From Fibrobacter sp. (GTDB taxonomy: Bacteria > Fibrobacterota > Fibrobacteria > Fibrobacterales > Fibrobacteraceae): a DNA stretch of 64,000 bases. The position numbers and the translations under genes are program-made. Position 1 is the stretch's first letter. Every line of letters starts with the position of its first letter. The notes under the pieces are model-generated. The model worked only from the letters and a program-made list of their open reading frames with translations, searched no databases and was not told the origin of the DNA. Of the stretch, positions 33,938 through 41,954 are shown in pieces. Where the stretch lies: positions 1,539-65,538 of the forward strand of contig JAKSIE010000009.1 of the NCBI GenBank assembly GCA_024398995.1. Reading direction: 5' to 3'.

Positions 33938-34921
33938 ATGAATTTTGCAAAAAATAAATTGAAGGAATTGGTCACTCCGGATTTATTTATTCCTGAACTT
34001 CAGCGAAAACGTGAAGAATTGTGCAAGTTGCTTGAACTTAAGCGTCGGGCTTTGAAAAATCTGCCCGCAGGGCGTTTACGAATTGCGGTGAATCGGGGAA
34101 AGCCCCAGTGGTTTCATGTTAACGGCGAAAAATCACCAAAGGGAACGCTCATGCCAAATTGTGAAATTCAAACATCAAATTGCACGAAACAAACTTGTTC
34201 ATCACAAGTTCGAGCAGTGCAAAAACGAACTTCACAAAACAGCGCCGCGCTGAGTCGCGACTCACTGCGGGGAACGTACATTCCTCAGTCGAACGAAAGA
34301 CTGGCGAGGTGCTTGGCGCAGAAAAGTTACGACGAACGCGTTTGCGACGCCGCTGAAAAATCTTTGGCGGCGATCGACGAATTTCTGGATGCGTATGAAA
34401 GGGCGAACGTGTGCGATGTTTTTCAGAAAATGCATTCTGCAAGGCAAGCACTGAGTTGCCCTGTTTTTTTTTCTGACAAGGAATTCGCCCGGATGTGGCT
34501 AGCGATTCCTTACGAGGGAAAAGGTTTTTCCAATGAGGACGCCTTACTGATTACTGCCCGAGGGGAACGGGTTCGGTCTAAGTCGGAAATGACCATTGCG
34601 AATACCTTGGCGCGATTAGGCGTGCCTTACCGTTATGAGTTTCCATGTAGGCTTGTGATTGCGAAAGACAATAAAAATCATACTGCGGTTTTCTACCCAG
34701 ATTTTACCTGCCTGAATCTTCGTACTCGTCAGGAATACATCTGGGAACACTTTGGCCTGGTTGATGATGCGGACTATGCTCAAAACATGAATTCCAAAAT
34801 TCGTGCTTACGCAACAAACGGCTACTTTGCCGGGGTCAACTTGATTACGACGTCAGAATCCATGGTGGATCCTCTCAGTTCCGACCTGGTACAGTTGTTT
34901 GCTGAAAAATATTTGCTGTAA
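33938..34921 (+). CDS. Uncharacterised PD-(D/E)XK (Vsr/DUF559-like) nuclease-domain protein
   Basis: C-terminal RGERVRSKSE-IAN-L-GVPYRYE...FYPDFT...IWEHFG...KIRAYATNG; helical/coiled N-terminus; start set at MNFAKN. Confidence 0.75.
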   Translation: MNFAKNKLKELVTPDLFIPELQRKREELCKLLELKRRALKNLPAGRLRIAVNRGKPQWFHVNGEKSPKGTLMPNCEIQTSNCTKQTCSSQVRAVQKRTSQNSAALSRDSLRGTYIPQSNERLARCLAQKSYDERVCDAAEKSLAAIDEFLDAYERANVCDVFQKMHSARQALSCPVFFSDKEFARMWLAIPYEGKGFSNEDALLITARGERVRSKSEMTIANTLARLGVPYRYEFPCRLVIAKDNKNHTAVFYPDFTCLNLRTRQEYIWEHFGLVDDADYAQNMNSKIRAYATNGYFAGVNLITTSESMVDPLSSDLVQLFAEKYLL

Positions 34922-34999
34922 AATCATTTGTGTTTGCTTTTTTTTTGCTTTTTTTGTAAAAATACTTGACATTGTTTTTTTTTGGTTACATTTGCTGCA

Positions 35000-35530
35000 A
35001 TGAACCAATGGTCCCCAAAATACAGAAATATGAAACTTCTTGTTGTAATTGGGAATTCCAACATGGGGAAGTCTAGCGTTATTCGCCATATTGGAGGCTT
35101 CCCTAAGGGATTTGCGCATAGTAAATCGTTGGGTAAGTTTCAAATTCGCAAGCTTCGTTTTTCTAATCAGAAAGACGAGGATGTCGGTTTGTTGGGTTAT
35201 TGTTCTCTTCAAGAAATGGACATTGATCCCGACGAGTTTGTAAAGCTTGTTGCAAAATCACCCAATTGTCCAGACAAAATCATCGTTCCTTTGCAAAAGG
35301 TTTCTTCTTGTAAGTGTACAAGTAAGGCTGTCGATTATATTCGTACTTTTCAAAAACAAGGATGGACGATTACTGCGTCTGTATTGCTTGAGGACAATTT
35401 GCAGAATAATATGAAACAATGCCGAACTTATCCTAGATGTGTATATGTTCATTCTTCGTTAGGCGGGAACCCGGTGTATCCTACAAATGTCGTTGCTCAG
35501 TTTGTAAGGAAACATTTTAATTTGGTGTAA
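35000..35530 (+). CDS. Small hypothetical protein with P-loop-like motif
   Basis: LLVVIGNSNMGKSS fits Walker A GxxxxGKS after a hydrophobic strand; AT-rich; start may be 35000 or 35030. Confidence 0.65.
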   Translation: MNQWSPKYRNMKLLVVIGNSNMGKSSVIRHIGGFPKGFAHSKSLGKFQIRKLRFSNQKDEDVGLLGYCSLQEMDIDPDEFVKLVAKSPNCPDKIIVPLQKVSSCKCTSKAVDYIRTFQKQGWTITASVLLEDNLQNNMKQCRTYPRCVYVHSSLGGNPVYPTNVVAQFVRKHFNLV

Positions 35531-35552
35531 TTTTTTTTTAAGGGATGAAACT

Positions 35553-36422
35553 ATGAAAAATATCAAAAAGTTGTCTTTATTTGTGTCTGTGGCCGCACTT
35601 CTTATTGCCTGCGGTAGCGAAGATTCAACAAATAATCCTGTTGGTGGCGGCTCTGCCAATAATTCGATTGAGGGGGCTGCGGGTTTCCTTGTGGATAGTC
35701 GTGATGGTCATAGATACAAGACTGTGACCATCGGTACTCAAACATGGATGGCCGAAAATTTGAACTACGCTTACCTGCAGCCAACTGCGGATGTTGATTC
35801 ATCCAGTTTCTGTTACAATGATGATCCTGCGAATTGCGAAAATTTTGGCCGATTATACACATGGAGTGCCGCAATGGATAGTGCGGGCTTATTATTGAAC
35901 GACGGAAAGGGTCGCGGCTGTGGTGATGGCGGCGTATGCGCTGCAAATGGAACCGTTCAGGGAATTTGCCCTTCAGGCTGGCGCTTGCCTCAAAAGCAGG
36001 ATTTTGAAATTTTGATTGCTTTTGTCCAGGATTCTGTTGATAAGATTGTTGCTCAAAAAAAGCAAAATCTTGAGCCGTTGATTGAAGGTATTGAAGATGC
36101 TCGCGAACATCTAAAGGCTTCGGTTTGGAGCAATCTTTACGATACCTTTGGATTCTCCGCTCTGCCTTCTGGACGTGTGGAATTGAATGATTTACTTCAT
36201 CTAGCGTTTGGTTCACCAGTAGATCTACAATATGATGGTTTGGGAGAATATACTTATTTTTGGTCGTCTACGTCGTCGGACGGTTTTTTGGGGGGCACCA
36301 ACGTCAATATACTGTCATTGGGAAACAAATCTTCATTACATATCCCCGTTCCCGGTGAAATCATTGGAGTTGAGTCATCTGGAGCTGGTGATGGAAAGTC
36401 TGTTCGGTGTCTAAAGAAATAG
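35553..36422 (+). CDS. FISUMP (Fibrobacter succinogenes major paralogous) domain lipoprotein
   Basis: Lipobox LIAC; DSRDGHRYKTVTIGTQTWMAENLNY, GRLYTWSAA, GICPSGWRLP, FGFSALP, SVRCLK. Confidence 0.92.
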   Translation: MKNIKKLSLFVSVAALLIACGSEDSTNNPVGGGSANNSIEGAAGFLVDSRDGHRYKTVTIGTQTWMAENLNYAYLQPTADVDSSSFCYNDDPANCENFGRLYTWSAAMDSAGLLLNDGKGRGCGDGGVCAANGTVQGICPSGWRLPQKQDFEILIAFVQDSVDKIVAQKKQNLEPLIEGIEDAREHLKASVWSNLYDTFGFSALPSGRVELNDLLHLAFGSPVDLQYDGLGEYTYFWSSTSSDGFLGGTNVNILSLGNKSSLHIPVPGEIIGVESSGAGDGKSVRCLKK

Positions 36423-36505
36423 CTGGACAAATAAGAGTTTTGTTTTCGTGACTGACGTTTTGCTTTGTTTTTATGTATCTTTACAAAAAACATTACGAGG
36501 TATAA

Positions 36506-36886
36506 ATGAATCCGAATCTTGCTCTTCTGGTCCTTTCCTGGCAGGTGGCTTGCCTTTTCCATGAAACTGAAAATGAAAAGCTGTTGCCTGGTTCTTCTTC
36601 TGCTACAGAAGCTGAAAGTGATGAACTGGACAAGATTCACGATGAACTGACCCCGGACGTCAGTTGGGAAGAATTTAATAGCACCTATGGCTGCTATATC
36701 AATGCTAAGGAACGTACCACCGCTTGTGTGAATGCCTTGAAGGATGAATCCGACGAATTCAAGGGCAAGGTTCTGGAAGCCATGCTGCGTGTGGCAGGTG
36801 CTTCCAAGGAAGACGGAAACGAAACAAACGTTTCTCCTGAGGAAATGAGCTTCATTCAGCAGGTGAAGACTGCGTTAGTCGGTTAG
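36506..36886 (+). CDS. Hypothetical protein, possibly TerB-like fold
   Basis: GAGG RBS, host-like codons; C-terminus MLRVAGAS...VSPEEMSFIQQVKTAL resembles TerB-like domains. Confidence 0.65.
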   Translation: MNPNLALLVLSWQVACLFHETENEKLLPGSSSATEAESDELDKIHDELTPDVSWEEFNSTYGCYINAKERTTACVNALKDESDEFKGKVLEAMLRVAGASKEDGNETNVSPEEMSFIQQVKTALVG

Positions 36887-36908
36887 TACGTCGGTACGAT
36901 TTAAATAG

Positions 36909-36942
36909 AAAAAGCCTCGCAGTTTAGAACTGCGGGGCTTTA
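36909..36942. terminator. Bidirectional terminator
   Basis: AAAAAGCCTCGCAGTT-TAG-AACTGCGGGGCTTT between convergent genes. Confidence 0.75.
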
Positions 36943-36950
36943 ATGTTTTG

Positions 36951-36980
36951 GGCGATCCCGGGACGGAGCCCGGGATGACA
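36951..36980 (-). repeat. TGTCATCCC-type palindromic (REP-like) element
   Basis: Minus strand TGTCATCCCGGG-CTCCGT-CCCGGGATCGCC just after the pheT stop. Confidence 0.7.
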
Positions 36981-36988
36981 ATGCAAAA

Positions 36989-39424
36989 TTAGCGCAGCAC
37001 GATGTCGCCGTTAGCCACCAGCTTGTCGCGAAGCTTGTTGTGAGCCTTGCTGACTTCGTCGTCGGTCAAGGTGCGGTCCATAGCCTGGTAGGTAAGACCG
37101 TAAACAAGGTTCTTCTTGCCGGCTTCGATCTTGTCGCCTTCGTAGATGCTCTTGAGGGCAATCTTTGCAAGGTTCTTGGGGTTGAGACCCTTGATACGTG
37201 CAATGATTTCTTCGTGAGTCATTCCCTTGGCCACTTCCAGAGAAATGTCGCGGGTAGAAGGAACCTGACGGCTGTATGCCTGGAAGATAATCTTCTTCTG
37301 GCTAGCTACAATCATCTTGTCCAGGTCGGCTTCCATCACATAGGTCTCGTAACCGATGTCGAAGTTCTTAGCTACAGACGGATGCAGGGCGCCCATGGTG
37401 CCTAGAACGGTCTTGCCGACAACGATTTCGGTCTGCTTGCCCGGATGCATGAAGGCTTCAAGCTTTTCGGGAACGCGGAATTCAACCACGATGCCGCAGC
37501 GCTTGAAGAAGGTCTGAACCAGACCCTTGAAGGCGGCGAAGTCGATCTGTGCGGGCTTGTCGTTCAGCGGATTCACGTCGAAGGCGCCTGCCACAACCAA
37601 AGCCACCAGGTTGGATTCGTCAAAGCCGTTGTCGCGGACGTCGGCGCGTTCACGCTTGAACTGGCCCTTGGCCACTTCGAACAAGCGAACGGAACCGGGG
37701 CGGTTCTTTTCGTTTTCGGCAACGTTCTTCAAAAGGTTGGGAAGAAGAGAAGTAGGAACAACACCCAGTTCTTCGGACAGCGGGTTCAGAAGTGCTGCGG
37801 GGGTTGCGCGACGGTCAGAAGCGTCGGTGCCGAAGAGAGCCTCGGTACGAGCCTTGCTGGTGAAACGCAGGTTCAAGCATTCGTGGAGACCCATGGCACT
37901 CAGAGTTCTGCGGATCTTTCTGTTCATCTGTTCTACAGCCGGAAGTTCGTTGGGCTGCATGGTGAACTTGGGCAGGCTGTAAGGAATGTTGTCGAAACCT
38001 ACGAGGCGGGCTACTTCTTCGATGAGGTCCACTTCGCGTTCCAGGTCCGGACGGTTGCCCGGGATTTCGAAGGTCATAGTCTCGCCGGATTCAGCCACCA
38101 GGTTCAGGTTGATGCTGGTGAGGTGCTTGCGGATCACGTCGGCGGGAACGTCCATGCCGATGATCTTTGCCACGCGGGAGACGCGGAGGTCAATCTTTGT
38201 GAGTTCCTTCTGGTGGTCGTCGCCGGTGTATTCCACGCAGCCCTTCAGGACCTTGCCGCCAGCCACTTCCTGGATCATGGCGCAAGCGTACTTGCTGTAT
38301 TCGTCCTGGGTGGTGGTGTCGATACCGCGTTCGAAACGGTAGCTGGAATCGGAACCGATGCCCAGGCGCTTGGCCTGCTTACGGACGATGGTGGGGTTGA
38401 AGTAGGCGCTTTCCAGAAGAACGTTCTTGGTGGCGTCGATAATTTCGGATTCTACACCGCCCATGGTGCCGGCTACGGCTACGGGACGGTCGCCATCGCA
38501 GATGACCAGTTCGGCTTCAGTGAGTTCGTGGTCGGTGTGGTCGATGGTCTGGATCTTTTCGCCCTTCACGGCGCGGCGGACCTTGATCATGGAACCCTTC
38601 AGCTGGTCCATGTCGAAGCTATGGAGGGGCTGGCCCACGTCCATGAGGATGAAGTTGGTGATGTCCACCACGTTGTTGATGGAGTTCATGCCAACGGTGT
38701 GCAAAAGCTTGGCGAGCCAGCTGGGGCTCTGCTTCACTTCTACGCCCTTGATGACGCGGGCGGTATAGCGGGAGCAACCGCAACCGGGAACCACTTCCAC
38801 GGAAACTGCGGAGGAGGCTGCGTCGGCTTCTTCTACCAGGTTGTAGGAGAGGGGCTTCAGGGGGCGGTTAAACTTGGCTGCCAGTTCGCGGGCAACACCG
38901 CGGTGGCATAGAGCGTCCGGACGGTTGGGGGTGACGTTCAGTTCGAAGCAGACGTCGTACATGCCCAGGCTAACAAACGGGGTGCCAGCGGGAATGGAGT
39001 CGTCCAGAACCATGATTCCACCGTGGTCGTCAGAAAGACCGATTTCGTCTTCGGCGCAGATCATGCCGAAGCTTTCCACGCCGCGGATCTTGGACTTCTT
39101 CATCTTGAGGACTGTGCCGTCGCTCACGGGCAGTTCTGCACCGATGGGTGCGAGAACCACGGTCTGGCCTGCAGCAACGTTAGGTGCGCCGCAAACGATC
39201 TGGATGGTTTCAGTGCCGTTGTTGACGGTAGTGATGTGGAGGTGGTCGCTATCCGGATGGTTTTCGCAGGTGAGGACCTTTGCCACCACCAGCTTGTCGT
39301 AAACCTTGCCCGGTTCTTCGATGCCTTCCACTTCCAAGCCGATGGAAGTGAGAGCCTTTTCAATTTCTGCCACAGATTCCGGCAGATCCACATGACGCTT
39401 CAGCCAACTTAAAGAAACTTTCAT
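36989..39424 (-). CDS. pheT: Phenylalanine--tRNA ligase beta subunit
   Basis: MKVSLSWL, IVCGAPNV, IRGVESFGMIC, TPNRPDAL, SSYRFERG, DLIEEVARLVGFDNIP, FDX-ACB C-terminus. Confidence 0.97.
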   Translation of the reverse strand: MKVSLSWLKRHVDLPESVAEIEKALTSIGLEVEGIEEPGKVYDKLVVAKVLTCENHPDSDHLHITTVNNGTETIQIVCGAPNVAAGQTVVLAPIGAELPVSDGTVLKMKKSKIRGVESFGMICAEDEIGLSDDHGGIMVLDDSIPAGTPFVSLGMYDVCFELNVTPNRPDALCHRGVARELAAKFNRPLKPLSYNLVEEADAASSAVSVEVVPGCGCSRYTARVIKGVEVKQSPSWLAKLLHTVGMNSINNVVDITNFILMDVGQPLHSFDMDQLKGSMIKVRRAVKGEKIQTIDHTDHELTEAELVICDGDRPVAVAGTMGGVESEIIDATKNVLLESAYFNPTIVRKQAKRLGIGSDSSYRFERGIDTTTQDEYSKYACAMIQEVAGGKVLKGCVEYTGDDHQKELTKIDLRVSRVAKIIGMDVPADVIRKHLTSINLNLVAESGETMTFEIPGNRPDLEREVDLIEEVARLVGFDNIPYSLPKFTMQPNELPAVEQMNRKIRRTLSAMGLHECLNLRFTSKARTEALFGTDASDRRATPAALLNPLSEELGVVPTSLLPNLLKNVAENEKNRPGSVRLFEVAKGQFKRERADVRDNGFDESNLVALVVAGAFDVNPLNDKPAQIDFAAFKGLVQTFFKRCGIVVEFRVPEKLEAFMHPGKQTEIVVGKTVLGTMGALHPSVAKNFDIGYETYVMEADLDKMIVASQKKIIFQAYSRQVPSTRDISLEVAKGMTHEEIIARIKGLNPKNLAKIALKSIYEGDKIEAGKKNLVYGLTYQAMDRTLTDDEVSKAHNKLRDKLVANGDIVLR

Positions 39425-39437
39425 TTTTTATTCCTTT

Positions 39438-39508
39438 CTAGATCCCCCGACTACGCTGTGCGACGTTCAGAACGACACGTTGCCAGAGCAAGCCTTATGA
39501 GGGATGAC
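39438..39508 (-). repeat. Long variant of the GTCATCCC palindromic element in the pheT leader
   Basis: Minus strand GTCATCCCTCA...CGGGGGATCTAG with ~48-nt interior, abutting the pheT RBS. Confidence 0.55.
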
Positions 39509-39541
39509 TCTACAAATTTCGGCGATAAATTTAGAAATAAT

Positions 39542-39571
39542 AAAAGCCTCGGTCTTATGGACCGGGGCTTT
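39542..39571. terminator. Terminator downstream of hemH
   Basis: AAAAGCCTCGGTC-TTATG-GACCGGGGCTTT. Confidence 0.7.
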
Positions 39572-39611
39572 AAAACGTCTTTTGACCGAGTCGAAGGCTT
39601 TGAACGTGGGC

Positions 39612-40610
39612 TTAAACGAACTTCAATGCGGGCAGGATTTCGTTTACGAATGCGGTAATCCAGCTTTCCCGAGAGTTCAGACAGGAAATGCGCTTGAGGC
39701 GAGGGCCTCCGGCGTTGTAGTAGACCTGGGAGACTTCGTCATCGATTTCGTAAATGGTTTCCAGGTTGTCGGCGGTAAAGACCGGGCTTACAACCACTAC
39801 AGGTTTCTTCTGCTGGCCTAGCTTTTGCAAAGTTTCCACCAGGGACGGGCCTAGCCATTTTCCAGAGGGGAGCTTGCCGGGCTTGTACTTGCTCTGATAA
39901 ACCAGCTGGGCGTTTCCGCTAAAACGGTTGCCTGCGATTTCTTTTAGGCTCTTTGTAATGCTTGCGATACTTTGTTCGCAATCTTTGCGGTAGGGATCGC
40001 CAGCCTTTTCCACGCGCCAGGTTTGGAAGGAGTGGAAAGATACCAGAAGAGTATCGTCTTCTTCAATCTTTTCGCTAATAGATTTTGCAACTTCACGGGC
40101 CCAGGCTTCGCATTGGTAGAAACCATTTGCCACACGGATGGAACCCTTGAATCCTATGGCCTTGGCGCAATCCAGAACGTTGTCGATGGCGGCCTGGGTG
40201 GTGACGCCGGCACGCTGGGGATACAGGGGCAGAACATGGACCGTATCTATGCCGTCCTTTTCAAATTGCTGGAGCGCGTCACCAATGGAAGGCGCACAGC
40301 CGTACTGGTAGGCCAGCTGGATGGAGGCGTAATTTGCGTATTCCTTACGGACTGCGGCAAGAAATTCCGAAGAGTACGCTACCAGAGGCATTTCCTTGAA
40401 ATTGTTCTTGGCGAACATGTCCTGGTATTTCTTTTGGCTGGTAAACTTTCCCTTGGGAAGAATAACGTGCTTCAGCAGAAGCTGCCAGCAAATACTTTTC
40501 TTGCCGGTGGTATGCCAGTCTCCAAGGAACTGATGGAGATAAGTCTCGATGTCGTTGACGTCGAGGCTGGCGGGAGAACCCAGTTGAACAAGAAGAAGAC
40601 CGGTAGACAT
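39612..40610 (-). CDS. hemH: Ferrochelatase
   Basis: LLLVQLGSP, LPLYPQ, LVSFHS, YQSK...WLGP, FTADNLETIYEID, CLN. Confidence 0.85.
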   Translation of the reverse strand: MSTGLLLVQLGSPASLDVNDIETYLHQFLGDWHTTGKKSICWQLLLKHVILPKGKFTSQKKYQDMFAKNNFKEMPLVAYSSEFLAAVRKEYANYASIQLAYQYGCAPSIGDALQQFEKDGIDTVHVLPLYPQRAGVTTQAAIDNVLDCAKAIGFKGSIRVANGFYQCEAWAREVAKSISEKIEEDDTLLVSFHSFQTWRVEKAGDPYRKDCEQSIASITKSLKEIAGNRFSGNAQLVYQSKYKPGKLPSGKWLGPSLVETLQKLGQQKKPVVVVSPVFTADNLETIYEIDDEVSQVYYNAGGPRLKRISCLNSRESWITAFVNEILPALKFV

Positions 40611-40646
40611 AAATACGTTGTGTGTAATAGGTTTGGAATTTCAAAA

Positions 40647-41852
40647 TTATCGGCGGCGGCTGCGCTGGAAGTTGTTTTCCTGGCGCTCGTAGGGCTTACG
40701 TTTTAGCTGGTCGATGACAGCCTGCAGTTCCTTGGGCAGGGGGCAGTCAAGAACTTTCTTTTCGCCTTTCCAGTCAAATTCCAAGCGACAGCTGTGGAGG
40801 AACAGGCGATGCAGCCCTAGTTCCTTTTTGACTTCGCGGTTCAAGGCGAAATCGCCGTAGCGGGAGTCGCCCAGCAGGGGATGGCCGATGCTTGCGAAAT
40901 GTGCACGGATCTGATGCATGCGACCAGTTTCCAACTTGATCTTTACCAGGTCGTAACCGATGTAGTGCTGCTTCACTCGGTAGTGGGTGATGGCTTCCTT
41001 GGCGTCCTTGTCATCTTGGCCGACCTTCATCTTGCTGCCCTTGGCAGCGTCGGTGCGGGTCAGCTTTTCGTTGATGGTACCGCGGTCCTTGTCTAGGTTA
41101 CCCTTGACCAGGGCGTAGTAGTACTTGTCTACTTCGTGTTCGCGGATCATGCGGGTAAGGTCACGGAGGGTGTCGCCGTGAAGTGCCACCAGCAGCATGC
41201 CGGAAGTTTCCTGGTCCAAGCGGTGGGCGATGGTGGGCCTAAAGTCTAGCTGTTCCTGGCGGCCCCATTCCCACAGGTATTCCACCAGACTTTCGCCGGG
41301 CTTGCATCCGGAACCGGGCTGGCTTGCCAAGCCGGAGGGCTTGTTTACTACAAGGTAATCCTCGGTCTGAATCACAATGTCCAATTCGCGGGCGCCCCAG
41401 TTGGATTGCTTTTCGGCTCCAGACAAGGTCTTGCCCCAAGTGGACTTCTTTTTGGCAAAGCCTGTGACTGCGGACTTGTCGCGGGCGGGTGCCGTACCGG
41501 GGAAGGAAATAATGTTTTGAGGCTCGAGGCTCGAGGCTCCAGGTTCGAGGCTTGAAGCCCCGGATTCTTGAGATGCTTGGTAAGCAGCTTCAACTTCTGC
41601 CTTGATCTGGGCGGACTGGGTTCGGCTCATGTCCTTTTCGTCTTCAGAAACGGACTTGAAGTTTTCGTAGATGTTCACCAGGTCACCTTCCTGGAGCATC
41701 TGGTTTGCCTTGGCAACCACACCGTTGACGCGGACCTTCTTCTTTCGGATAATGGAGAAGAATACGGAGAGGGATTCCTCGGGGAATGCCTTGCGGAGGA
41801 ATCGGTCTAGACGCATGTTTGCGAAGTTGCGGTCAATCTGGCGTGTAATCAT
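40647..41852 (-). CDS. RluA-family pseudouridine synthase with S4 domain (RluC-like)
   Basis: RLDRFL S4 domain, NKPSGL, HRLDQETSG catalytic motif, TGRMHQIRAH, LFLHS; long linker. Confidence 0.93.
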   Translation of the reverse strand: MITRQIDRNFANMRLDRFLRKAFPEESLSVFFSIIRKKKVRVNGVVAKANQMLQEGDLVNIYENFKSVSEDEKDMSRTQSAQIKAEVEAAYQASQESGASSLEPGASSLEPQNIISFPGTAPARDKSAVTGFAKKKSTWGKTLSGAEKQSNWGARELDIVIQTEDYLVVNKPSGLASQPGSGCKPGESLVEYLWEWGRQEQLDFRPTIAHRLDQETSGMLLVALHGDTLRDLTRMIREHEVDKYYYALVKGNLDKDRGTINEKLTRTDAAKGSKMKVGQDDKDAKEAITHYRVKQHYIGYDLVKIKLETGRMHQIRAHFASIGHPLLGDSRYGDFALNREVKKELGLHRLFLHSCRLEFDWKGEKKVLDCPLPKELQAVIDQLKRKPYERQENNFQRSRRR

Positions 41853-41855
41853 GTT

Positions 41856-41954
41856 TTAGTGATTAGTGGTTAGTGGTTAGTGATTAGTGGTTGGTGATTG
41901 GTGTTTGGCGGACGTTTTGCTTTTGAATTACTGTCTACTAACCACTGTCTACTG
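41856..41954. repeat. Opposed heptamer tandem repeats (TTAGTGR)n and (CTACTGT-like)n
   Basis: About eight TTAGTGA/TTAGTGG-like units at 41856-41911 and 3-4 inverse-sense units at 41929-41954. Confidence 0.85.

Noticed and set aside
36450-36487. Isolated GACTGAC as a fourth array unit
   Set aside because: No matching inverted end at the 38-bp position.
37445-38911. 488-aa plus-strand ORF
   Set aside because: Antisense shadow of pheT caused by codon bias; no motifs or RBS.
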